Assembly (NCBI GenBank): GCA_963665115.1
Contig: OY762007.1
Location: forward strand, 7,904,001-7,968,000
Length of the DNA: 64,000 bases
Source of the DNA: an uncultured Rivularia sp.
Lineage (GTDB): Bacteria > Cyanobacteriota > Cyanobacteriia > Cyanobacteriales > Nostocaceae
Direction of reading: 5' to 3'
Position 1 is the stretch's first letter; the number at the start of each line of letters is the position of its first letter. The translations under genes were made by a program, and so were the position numbers. This document shows, piece after piece, positions 42,837 to 51,828 of the stretch. The notes under the pieces are model-generated. The model was given only the letters and a program-made list of their open reading frames with translations, searched no databases and was not told the origin of the DNA.

Positions 42837-43688
42837 TCAAGCAGTTAAAAACTCTCGCATATACTGATTTACTAGCTCAGGCTGTTCTTGCTGTACCCAG
42901 TGGCTACAGTTAGGAACATATCTAATTTGAAAATCTTCAACATAAGCTTCGGTACCATAAGTTAATTCTTTGCCTAATGCAGTATCTTCTTCTCCCCAAA
43001 TCATCAAAGTTGCAACTTCCAGAATACTCCAATTTTGATTGAAGATTGGCGAACCTAAAATATTTCGATAATAATTGATAGTGGCTGTTAAAGCTCCACG
43101 TTTAGCAATAGCATCTTTGTAAGCGTTAATATCTTCTTTACTGAAAGCGCTTTTATTGATTGCCATGCCTTTAAAAGCATTTTCAATAAATTGATAATCT
43201 TCGGCTCGAAGAAATAATTCTGGAATCACGGGAAGTTGGAAAAAAAGTATATACCAGCTACGTAATAATTGTTGAGGAGTGCGTAAACCTTCAGAAAACT
43301 TTGCAAAATGGGGACAATTCATAATGATTAATCGCTCGACCATTTCCGGATTTGCATAAGCAAAACTCCAAGCAATTCCTCCTCCCCAATCATGCGCTAC
43401 TAGTACGCACTTTTCGTATCCCAATCCGCGAACGATACCTTCCACATCTTTGACTAATTCAGTCATTACATAAGCAGATTGCGATGCAGGTTTTTCGCTA
43501 TCGTTGTAACCGCGTAAATCTGGAGCAACTACCTTAAAATCTGAAGCAAATTCTGGAATTTGATGTCGCCAAGAATACCAAAAATCAGGAAATCCGTGTA
43601 GCATCAGCATCAAAGGACCGCTTCCTTGAGTTACATAATGTAGATTTACCCCGTTAGTAGTTATGTAATCGTGCTGCCAAGTTTCCAT
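42837..43688 (-). CDS. Epoxide-hydrolase-like alpha/beta hydrolase
   Basis: LHGFPD, DLRGYN, HDWGG nucleophile motif, SHWVQQE. Confidence 0.9.
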   Translation of the reverse strand: METWQHDYITTNGVNLHYVTQGSGPLMLMLHGFPDFWYSWRHQIPEFASDFKVVAPDLRGYNDSEKPASQSAYVMTELVKDVEGIVRGLGYEKCVLVAHDWGGGIAWSFAYANPEMVERLIIMNCPHFAKFSEGLRTPQQLLRSWYILFFQLPVIPELFLRAEDYQFIENAFKGMAINKSAFSKEDINAYKDAIAKRGALTATINYYRNILGSPIFNQNWSILEVATLMIWGEEDTALGKELTYGTEAYVEDFQIRYVPNCSHWVQQEQPELVNQYMREFLTA

Positions 43689-43926
43689 AATATTTAGAAG
43701 ACACTACTGAAGATACTATTGCTTATCTTACAGAGGAATGGGGAGAGGGGAGATGGGGAGACAAGGTGACAAGGAGAATAGGTAACTTTCTATTGATTAG
43801 TGATAACTGACAACTGCTCACTGATAACTGTTCGCTGCAAAAATCTACATTTTGGATTGTTCTAGAGATAGATGTATATTTTTGTTTTATGTGGGTTGAT
43901 AAACATAGTAATTGCTTATGAAAACT

Positions 43927-44745
43927 ATGGCACAACAGATATCACATCATCCTGCTGCATGGATTGAGCGACTGGCAAGGTTTGGTTATGCTTCTAAAGG
44001 AGCGGTTTATTTTCTTGTAGGATTGTTGGCCGTACAGGCGGCTTTTGGTGGTGGTGGCAAAACGACCGATACGGAAGGAGCTTTGGAAACTTTAGTGCAG
44101 CAACCTTTTGGTCAATTTTTACTAGGTTTGATTGCGTTCGGTTTAATAAGTTATGCAATGTGGCGTTTTGTTGAAGCAATCAACGATCCGGAAAATAAAG
44201 GTAAAGATATTAAAGGTATCGCCACAAGATTAAGTTATATAGCTAATGGCTTAACTTATGCTGGTTTGGCTTGGACTGCGGTACAAATTATTATGGGAAG
44301 TTCAAGCGGTGGTGGCGATGATAGCAAACAGAATTGGACTGCTCGTTTACTGAATCAACCTTTCGGGCAGTGGTTGGTAGGAATGATTGGTGCGGGTGTA
44401 ATTGCTTTCGGATTTTATTATTTATATCGAGCTTTTAGTGCAAAGTTTCGCAGAAAGTTATATTTATCAGAATTAAGCAGTACCAAACGCGAGTGGGTTA
44501 TAGCTATTTGTCGGTTTGGTTTAGCGGCAAGAAGTATTGTATTCTTTTTAATTGGTTGGTTTTTCATCGAAGCAGCATATATGGCTCAAGCAAGTCAAGT
44601 TGGTGGACTCGATCAAGCATTGGAAACTTTAGCCGGTCAGCCTTACGGACCTTTGCTATTAGCTGTTGTGGCTTTAGGTTTGATTGCTTATGGTGTTTAT
44701 TGTATTGTTCAAGCACGGTATCGTCGTCTCGATCCAAATATGTAA
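43927..44745 (+). CDS. DUF1206-type membrane protein
   Basis: Three repeats of the ARFGYASKG / QPFGQ..L pattern. Confidence 0.82.
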   Translation: MAQQISHHPAAWIERLARFGYASKGAVYFLVGLLAVQAAFGGGGKTTDTEGALETLVQQPFGQFLLGLIAFGLISYAMWRFVEAINDPENKGKDIKGIATRLSYIANGLTYAGLAWTAVQIIMGSSSGGGDDSKQNWTARLLNQPFGQWLVGMIGAGVIAFGFYYLYRAFSAKFRRKLYLSELSSTKREWVIAICRFGLAARSIVFFLIGWFFIEAAYMAQASQVGGLDQALETLAGQPYGPLLLAVVALGLIAYGVYCIVQARYRRLDPNM

Positions 44746-44878
44746 GGTAAGAGGTAAGAGGTTAAAGGTCAAAGGTTAAAGGTTAAAGGTTAAAGGTTAG
44801 AGGTAATCATAGAATTCAATTAAAAAATCTCAATATATCGATTTAACTTTTTTCCGTTAACTGCTCACTATTCCAAAA

Positions 44879-46030
44879 ATGTCAATTCCTGAAATACGCG
44901 GTGTTTGGTTAACTACTACGGCTAGTAAAGTATTTGATTCTCGCGAAAATATTGTTGAATCAATGAACTTTCTTGCCGAAACTGGATTTAATGTGGTGTT
45001 TCCTGTTGTGTGGAATAAAGCGGCAACGCAGTTTCCCTCTCAGGTAATGCAGCAAAATTTTGGTGTGGAAATCAATCCCCGATATCGCGGAAGAGATGTT
45101 TTAGCTGAAGTAATTACGGAAGCGCATCGGGTGGGTTTAAAAGTAATTCCTTGGTTTGAATATGGTTTTGCTAGTTCTTACAATTCTAATGGAGGAATGT
45201 TACTAGCTAAAAAACCACAGTGGGCTGCGCGAGACTGTAAAGGTAATTTGCTCAATAAAAATGGTTTTGAATGGCTTAATGCTTTAGATTCGGAAGTACA
45301 AGATTTTTTATTAAGTTTAATACTCGAAGTTGTTAATAATTATGATGTTGATGGCATCCAAGGAGATGATCGTTTACCTGCTTTACCGTCTGAAGGTGGT
45401 TATGACAATGGCACTGTAGAACGCTATAAGCAAGAATTTGGTAAAAATCCGCCGCAAAACTCTAAAGATGGTCAATGGTTGCAGTGGCGTGCAAATATTC
45501 TAACTGATTTTCTGGCGCGTTTATATCAAGAAGTCAAAGCTGTTAATAATAATCTATTAGTATCAATGGCTCCCAATATTCACGATTGGGCATTGAAAGA
45601 GTATTTACAAGATTCGCAGACATGGTTGGAAAGGGGTTTAGTAGATATTATTAATCCGCAAATTTATCGCCGTGATTTTAATAGTTATAAAAGTATTGTC
45701 GATCGGTTAGTAAAACAGCAGTTTACAGATAATAACCGAGTCAAACTTGCACCGGGAGTGTTAATGAAGTTGGGTTCTTATAATATAAGTCCTGATTATT
45801 TGTTACAGCTAATTGAATATAATCGCGCTTGCGGTATTAATGGTGAGGTATTTTTCTTTTACGAAGGTTTACGAGATAATAAGAATGCTTTAGCTAATGT
45901 GTTACGAAAAGGTTGTTATGCTCAACCTGCGGCATTTCCTTCTTTAGGAGATTTGAAAGGCAGTAAGATTAAGAAAGAGGTTATTCATGAAAAGCAGGGT
46001 TTATTTGGGTTTTTGAAAAGTTTGTTTTGA
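44879..46030 (+). CDS. Glycoside hydrolase-like family 10 (GHL10/DUF187) protein
   Basis: EIRGVWLT, IPWFEYG, YDVDGIQGDD, PQIYR. Confidence 0.85.
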   Translation: MSIPEIRGVWLTTTASKVFDSRENIVESMNFLAETGFNVVFPVVWNKAATQFPSQVMQQNFGVEINPRYRGRDVLAEVITEAHRVGLKVIPWFEYGFASSYNSNGGMLLAKKPQWAARDCKGNLLNKNGFEWLNALDSEVQDFLLSLILEVVNNYDVDGIQGDDRLPALPSEGGYDNGTVERYKQEFGKNPPQNSKDGQWLQWRANILTDFLARLYQEVKAVNNNLLVSMAPNIHDWALKEYLQDSQTWLERGLVDIINPQIYRRDFNSYKSIVDRLVKQQFTDNNRVKLAPGVLMKLGSYNISPDYLLQLIEYNRACGINGEVFFFYEGLRDNKNALANVLRKGCYAQPAAFPSLGDLKGSKIKKEVIHEKQGLFGFLKSLF

Positions 46031-46093
46031 TAAATAAAAGATTAAAAAACCTTACTAGACGCTGAGGGCGCAGAGAAGGAGGATATAGAGAAA

Positions 46094-46528
46094 ATGCAAT
46101 TAGAATCTAAATCGCAGGTAGAAGAAAATATTCAAATTCTCAAGCACGATTTACCTACTTTGTTTGAGAAAGATATTTCCTATGATATCTATACAGGTGA
46201 TATTTTATTTAAAGACCCAATAAGTAAGTTTAAATGGAAATTCAACTATAGAATTATTTTTTGGACTTTAAGATTTCATGCAGGATTGTTTTTTACAGAT
46301 ATTCATTTTGATTTGCATGATGTATATCAATCAAATGAATATACAATTTTTGCAAAGTGGACTGTACGCGGTACGTTAAGGCTTCCTTGGAAAGCAAAGA
46401 TTTTCTTTAATGGCCATTCAAATTATAAGTTAAATGAAGATAGTTTGATCTACGAACATCTTGATACTTGGGATAGGAAACCCAGCGAGATTTTACGTCA
46501 GTTTTTACCTGAGAAAGAGAATCGCTAA
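46094..46528 (+). CDS. DUF2358 / SnoaL-like protein
   Basis: YDIYTGDILFKDP, WTVRG.LRLPW, HLDTWD. Confidence 0.82.
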   Translation: MQLESKSQVEENIQILKHDLPTLFEKDISYDIYTGDILFKDPISKFKWKFNYRIIFWTLRFHAGLFFTDIHFDLHDVYQSNEYTIFAKWTVRGTLRLPWKAKIFFNGHSNYKLNEDSLIYEHLDTWDRKPSEILRQFLPEKENR

Positions 46529-46532
46529 ATCA

Positions 46533-46645
46533 CCCGCACTCTAGAAGAGTGGGGCTATAGGAACAAAGCCTGCCTTCGCAGGCTAGTAGCTTTTCAGCCT
46601 GCGAAGGCAGGCTTTGTAAATGTAGCGATACCCTTATAGGGTATT
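46533..46645. repeat. Inverted doublet of the double-hairpin repeat
   Basis: aaagcctgccttcgcaggct ... agcctgcgaaggcaggcttt, plus terminal hairpins. Confidence 0.8.
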
Positions 46646-46656
46646 GTGAAAAAATT

Positions 46657-47340
46657 ATGATCAACCCTTTTATCCAAAATTTAATCGTAACAGCCCTAAC
46701 ATTTATTTACGTTTTCGGACTTTTAGCGATATTAAATTTCTGCGTTACCAAGTTCAATTTACCACAAGATATCAGCCGTAAAATTACTCATATTGGTGCG
46801 GGTTCTTTGATTGTTTTTTTGCCGCTTTATAATGATTTACACTGGTCAAAATATCTTAACGTTACGATTTTTGTTGTTTGGATAATACTGTTAATTCAAA
46901 AAGGCTTATTCGCTAACGATGACGATGAAGCTGTTAAAACTATGACTCGTAACGGTGAAAAAAGCGAACTTCTCAAAGGACCTTTATATTTCGTAATTGT
47001 AGCTACGATTTGCGGTATTTTATTTTACAAAACCTTCCCTGGGATAATGGCGATCGCAACTCTCGGTTGGGGAGATGGAATTGCTCCTATAGTTGGCTCC
47101 CGCTACGGTAGATTGAAGTATGAGGTACTTAGTAGTAAAAGTGTGGAAGGAAGTTTATCAATGTTGCTCGCTGCTTTTGCTGCAAGTACGTTTTTTGTTT
47201 GGCTGATTATACCTAATGAATTAGATATTCTACGGATTTTATTGTTATCTACCATTGCTACTGTAGTGGAAGCTTGCAGCCCCAAAGAAATTGATAATAT
47301 ATTAATACCAACTGTGGTAATTTTAATTGGTAATTGGTAA
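46657..47340 (+). CDS. Phytol/dolichol kinase family (CTP-dependent) membrane protein
   Basis: SRKITHI, GPLYF, GWGDGIAPIVG, KSVEGS, DNILIP. Confidence 0.85.
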   Translation: MINPFIQNLIVTALTFIYVFGLLAILNFCVTKFNLPQDISRKITHIGAGSLIVFLPLYNDLHWSKYLNVTIFVVWIILLIQKGLFANDDDEAVKTMTRNGEKSELLKGPLYFVIVATICGILFYKTFPGIMAIATLGWGDGIAPIVGSRYGRLKYEVLSSKSVEGSLSMLLAAFAASTFFVWLIIPNELDILRILLLSTIATVVEACSPKEIDNILIPTVVILIGNW

Positions 47341-47430
47341 TTGGTAATTGGTAATTGGTAATTGGTAATTGGACAGAATTGATTTAATCTCTTCAATATC
47401 TAAAACTAAATTTACCTTTAACCTAATATA

Positions 47431-48009
47431 CTATTCAGATTGAACAAATAATTCTAATAAACTAGAACCAATATATACATATCCGGAAATAACTATAGCA
47501 CTGCTTAATATTAAAGCAATTAAAAAGTAAGTATATTTTATTTTTGTTAAACCGATAGCATAGCTAACTATATCCTGAGAAAAAGGCATTACCATCACCA
47601 TATATAAGATACTGCGGCTACCTTTAAACTTGTTGATAAACTTATCTAATTCTTCTAAATTAGCTTTGCCAATAAACCTTTGAGCTATTTTTCTTCCTAA
47701 TTTTCTGGATATCCAAAAATTAGCGCTGCATCCTATAATACTAGCTACATAACTTAATAAGAAAGCATTATGTTTACCAAATAACGTTCCACCAACTACA
47801 AATAACGAACTTCCACTTAAAGGTGCAATAATTAAACTTGCCGCACATAAAGCTACAAATACTATCGGTGCCCATACTCCTGTTTGTTTAACAAATAGTT
47901 GAGCATTCCCTAAACCTATAGTTTGTAAAGCAAGCGCCATTATTAGGTAAAATATACTCATAAAAACAATTGCTAATAAAATCTTTTTTAGTTTAGATGT
48001 GAATCGCAT
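47431..48009 (-). CDS. TVP38/TMEM64 (VTT/DedA-like) membrane protein
   Basis: IIAPL...GGTLFG...FWISRKLGR...SYAIGLT. Confidence 0.85.
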   Translation of the reverse strand: MRFTSKLKKILLAIVFMSIFYLIMALALQTIGLGNAQLFVKQTGVWAPIVFVALCAASLIIAPLSGSSLFVVGGTLFGKHNAFLLSYVASIIGCSANFWISRKLGRKIAQRFIGKANLEELDKFINKFKGSRSILYMVMVMPFSQDIVSYAIGLTKIKYTYFLIALILSSAIVISGYVYIGSSLLELFVQSE

Positions 48010-48280
48010 TTAACTATTTATCTATTTTTTATTTTAGGTAGAATTAAATTTATGCGAACAATTAATTGTTTGCTTATATAGTTACATTCTACTACTTTCT
48101 GTATCGGGACTGAATCTATAATAAGAAGTAAAATTACTAAGTAATTTAAGATACAGGATAGATTTATCTTCACGAGTTGAAATAATATTTCCGCAATCGT
48201 AACGATAAATTTATTGTTGTAAGTGTTAAAACTTGCCTATCCTTGAAAAAGGGCATCTGCGTAACTCTGAATTGCGAAAC

Positions 48281-48442
48281 ATGGATGTAAATCAATCAAA
48301 ACCATCTTTGTTTGGTCTTTCTAAATCAAATAGGGATTTTACTCAAAAAGAATGTTGGGGAAAGAATCAGTTTAATTCTTCTTTCCCAGCTTTATTAGGT
48401 TGCTATACTGCTATTTCAACACCCACCGAATGTGTTTCTTAG
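48281..48442 (+). pseudogene. 5' fragment of a HindVP-family restriction endonuclease
   Basis: KPSLFGLSKSNRDFTQKECWGKNQFNSSFPA matches my recollection of the family N-terminus. Truncated after about 45 aa. Confidence 0.65.
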
Positions 48443-48448
48443 GAGGAG

Positions 48449-48856
48449 TTAACCTGGTAGACCGTCCAGCTTTTGCACACACTCCAAATTTTTATCCCAT
48501 TCAGCACGGTTTGAGTAGCAAATATGCGCGTTCGGCTCGTTCTTTATTGGGCTATCCAGACACCCCGCTGGGACAACCAAAAGATCGCCATTCATCTGAA
48601 GCACAGGAATTGCCGCACCGCATTCCTGACAAAAACTTTTTTCATGTCTCGTCTCAGGAAGCCGAAAAGACTTAACTTTGTCTTGCCCCTTCACCCAGCT
48701 GATTACGGCAGTTGTGGAAAACAGGTTAGCCGCATGAGCCGATCCGGTGTCTTTCCGACACCGCTTACAGTGGCAAAGAAAGAAACTCTGGAAATCTCCT
48801 AAAATCCGAAACTCAACCATTCCGCACAAACAACTACCCGCGAATTCCTTACTCAT
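48449..48856 (-). CDS. GFA (glutathione-dependent formaldehyde-activating/CENP-V) family Zn protein
   Basis: GSCLCG, CHCKRCRK, FCQECG. GC content is visibly higher than the flanks. Confidence 0.9.
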   Translation of the reverse strand: MSKEFAGSCLCGMVEFRILGDFQSFFLCHCKRCRKDTGSAHAANLFSTTAVISWVKGQDKVKSFRLPETRHEKSFCQECGAAIPVLQMNGDLLVVPAGCLDSPIKNEPNAHICYSNRAEWDKNLECVQKLDGLPG

Positions 48857-48924
48857 AGACTTTCCTTTCATCGATGGCACGACCCAGCCAGCCGTGCCGA
48901 GACTGCTTTATGCCAGTTGCCTAA

Positions 48925-49128
48925 GTCCTATCGTAGATAAAGTGCGCTTAATTGAGTAAATTGCACCTCAAATTGAAAAGGAATTGACAAATATTCAACC
49001 CAAACCACGACAATCTTTGAGAAGTATTTGGCGGGGTGCTAATATTACTGAATCACATATCAATGAAGTTAGAAAAGAAATGTGGAGTAACTTTCCGCGT
49101 GAGGATATTTGATGTCGGATGCAGTTTA
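48925..49128 (+). pseudogene. Antitoxin-like gene remnant followed by the first codons (MSDAV) of a probable PIN toxin
   Basis: DKVRLIE*IAPQIEKEL...PRQSLRSIWRG...RKEMWSNFPREDI*, with a TGATG stop/start overlap into ATG TCG GAT GCA GTT TAA. Confidence 0.6.
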
Positions 49129-50102
49129 ATGTAAAACTAATTTTATTCTCTTAACCCAGCTTCTCGTAATGCTTGTGTAATTAAATCGATTAAATTTAAT
49201 CTTTCCGCCCATTCTTGCAAATAATTGAAATCTAATCGATCCGACTGTACTTTCATTACACCCAATACATCGCGCCACTGTCTATCTGAAATTTGATTAC
49301 CCAAGCGATACCAAATCAACTTTTGTAAAATAATGTCTTCTGAAGTCGCAAACCAAGCTGTACGTGGAGGATTTTGGCTGACAATTAATTGCTGTCTTCG
49401 CTGCATTTCAATTTGTGCTAATGGCTGTTGAGAAAGGATAAAAATATCAACTTTCTGCATGGTGTCTAGATGAATAATGTTAAAAGATGATTTAGTATTA
49501 ATTGCCTGGGTTAACATCGTATCGTCAATATAAAATTCTCCCGTCATTATTTCTACTAAAGGCTGTACCTGAGAAATTTGTAAATCTGCAACCATATCTA
49601 TATCTAAAGTAGCGCGAGGTTCGCCTAAAATGGAACTAGCTACAGATCCACCAATTAAGTATTTGATTGCTAAGGCTTCAAAAATTTCTGCAACTTTCAA
49701 TGCTAATTTAATTGATTCTGCATCCATTATTTGTCTTTGATTATTTTTATAAAGTAGATTTGCTTTTTCTTTACCCAGCCACCTAATTGCTAAATGAAAT
49801 TGAATTTCTTTATAGTTAGCATTCGGATATTGGTTACGAATACCAATAAGATTACATTGCTGAATACCTTTAGTTGCTTCGTTAATTAAATGGGCTTTTT
49901 TCCATAATGGCATTTGGCGAAAAGCCTGCATCATAAATTGATCGATTTTAGGATTGGTATCAATCGATTGGGGTTGGTAATCAAGCATTTTTAAATTTAT
50001 ATTCATTATATTTACTATTATGTTTGCTTTGTTTATCGATCCGATCTAGAAAAGAAACGTGGAATAACTTTCCTCGTGAGGATATTTGATATCGGATGAA
50101 GT
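49070..50102. repeat. 56-bp direct repeats (49070-49125 and 50047-50102; 51/56 identical) flanking one gene
   Basis: tagaaaagaaa(t/c)gtgga(g/a)taactttcc(g/t)cgtgaggatatttgat(g/a)tcggatg(c/a)agt. Confidence 0.9.
49143..50006 (-). CDS. Nucleotidyltransferase-fold protein fused to an N-terminal small helical domain (putative fused TA)
   Basis: Pol-beta-type motif YLIGGSVAS..GEPRATLDID, KVDIF, EDIILQKL, QWRD. The N-terminal ~93 aa DT...RQMP.WKK...G.R module is followed by an internal Met. Confidence 0.75.
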   Translation of the reverse strand: MNINLKMLDYQPQSIDTNPKIDQFMMQAFRQMPLWKKAHLINEATKGIQQCNLIGIRNQYPNANYKEIQFHLAIRWLGKEKANLLYKNNQRQIMDAESIKLALKVAEIFEALAIKYLIGGSVASSILGEPRATLDIDMVADLQISQVQPLVEIMTGEFYIDDTMLTQAINTKSSFNIIHLDTMQKVDIFILSQQPLAQIEMQRRQQLIVSQNPPRTAWFATSEDIILQKLIWYRLGNQISDRQWRDVLGVMKVQSDRLDFNYLQEWAERLNLIDLITQALREAGLRE

Positions 50103-50262
50103 AAGCCAATTATGGAAAACTTAGAAATAGATAATCTATAAGAGCAGCTTGTTAATTTAATATAATTCGACTTAAGTGTGACATAAATCACTTTGCCTTT
50201 ATCTTAATTCATGATAGACTGCCTAGGTTTATGTATTTAAAGAAACTTTATAGGCAGTAAAT

Positions 50263-51826
50263 ATGGCAACGAATGATAATTCAAAAGTTAGTTTAGATGC
50301 ATTGATATCAAGAGAAGCGTTTGAGATTCAAGACGAGCAAAGTAAAAATATAGGAAGAAATATTCCTATGATATCAGTTCGGGATTTAGAACAAAATTCT
50401 TTTTTCTATCCCTTTTTAAGAAAACCTGATTTTCAAAGAGAAACTAATGAATGGGATTCTCAGAAAATATGTGAGTTTATTGAAAGTTTTTTAGATGGAG
50501 ATTTAATCCCAGCGGTTATTCTTTGGAGAAGTACTAGTAGTTATTATTTTGTCATTGATGGTTCCCATAGACTTAGTTCTTTAATAGCTTGGATAAATGA
50601 TGATTATGGTGATGGCAAAATTTCCAAGCAATTTTATGACGGTGAATTTTCAGAAGAACAAAAAATTGCTGCTAAGGAAACCAGAAAAATGGTAAAAGCA
50701 AAGATAGGTTCTTACAAGGATTATCAATCTTTAGCACAAAATGGAGAGAAGATAAATCCGAAAATTATTGAAAGAGCAAGGAATTTAGGTGCTTTAGGTA
50801 TTCAACTTCAATGGGTGGAAGGTGATTCATCCAAAGCAGAAGAGTCTTTTTTCAAAATCAATCAAAAAGCTTCACCAATTGGTGCTACAGAGATACGTTT
50901 ATTAAAAGCTAGAAAAACCCCTAATGGTGTAGCTGCTCGTGCAATTAGAAGAAGTGGCAACGGACACAAGTATTGGTCGGAGTTTTCACCTGAAAAACGA
51001 GAAGAGGTTGAAGAGATTGCCAAGGAAATACATCAACTTATTTTTGAGCCTAAATTAAAAAATCCGATTAAAACATTTGATGTACCAATTGTTGGCAACT
51101 TATCTACTTCAGAAAAACTGGAAGTTATATTAGAGTTTGTTAACCTTGTTAATGGTATAGAACAAGATGACCAATTAGGAGAAGATATTACAGGAGAAAA
51201 AACTATAAAGCTATTAAAGAACTGTAGAAAAATAGCACAGAGAATAAATAGTAATCATCCTTCTTCTTTAGGTCTTCACCCAATAGTTTACTTCTATACT
51301 GGTCTTGGCAAGCCTAAACTTGGTTCATTCTATGGTGTCATTAGTCTCATCGTAAATTTTGACAAGATGGAGTATTTTTCTAAGTTTACAGATGTTAGAA
51401 AAGACTTTGAATGGATTATTTGGCAAGATGATATGATTCCGCAATTTGTAAAGGGGTCGTGCAGTAGAGGCACATGACAAAATTAACAAATTTTATTTAG
51501 AAGTCATCAATAAATTGTTAAATGGTGTGGACAAGAAAAAAGTTATGAAAGAGATAGTAGATGAAAAGCAATTTGGTACCCTAAAAAGAAAAACGAAACC
51601 AAACCCTAGTGACACTCAAGGTAAAAAATTTCCTAGAGAAACTAAAACAGCAGCTTTCATCAGAGATGCTTTATCTGGTGTGCCCCGATGTAAAATCTGT
51701 GGTGGCTATCTTCACAGTCATTCTATCTCCATAGACCATATCCAGAGAAGAGCAGATGGTGGTCATGCTACTTTAGAAAATGCACAGTTAACTCACCCAT
51801 ACTGCAATACGACATATAAGCATTAA
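50263..51826 (+). CDS. DUF262 (GmrS/ParB-like) + C-terminal HNH nuclease protein; +1 frameshift near 51453
   Basis: PDFQRE..W, IDGSHRL, FFKIN, then CKICG...SIDHI.RRADGG...NAQLTHPYCN. The ORFs join by removing one G from aaggggtcg. Confidence 0.85.
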
Positions 51827-51828
51827 AC

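Noticed and set aside
48449..48856. GFA gene as the partner of frmA in a formaldehyde pathway
   Set aside because: It is 32 kb away and inside a variable patch. Many GFA-family proteins are unrelated to formaldehyde.
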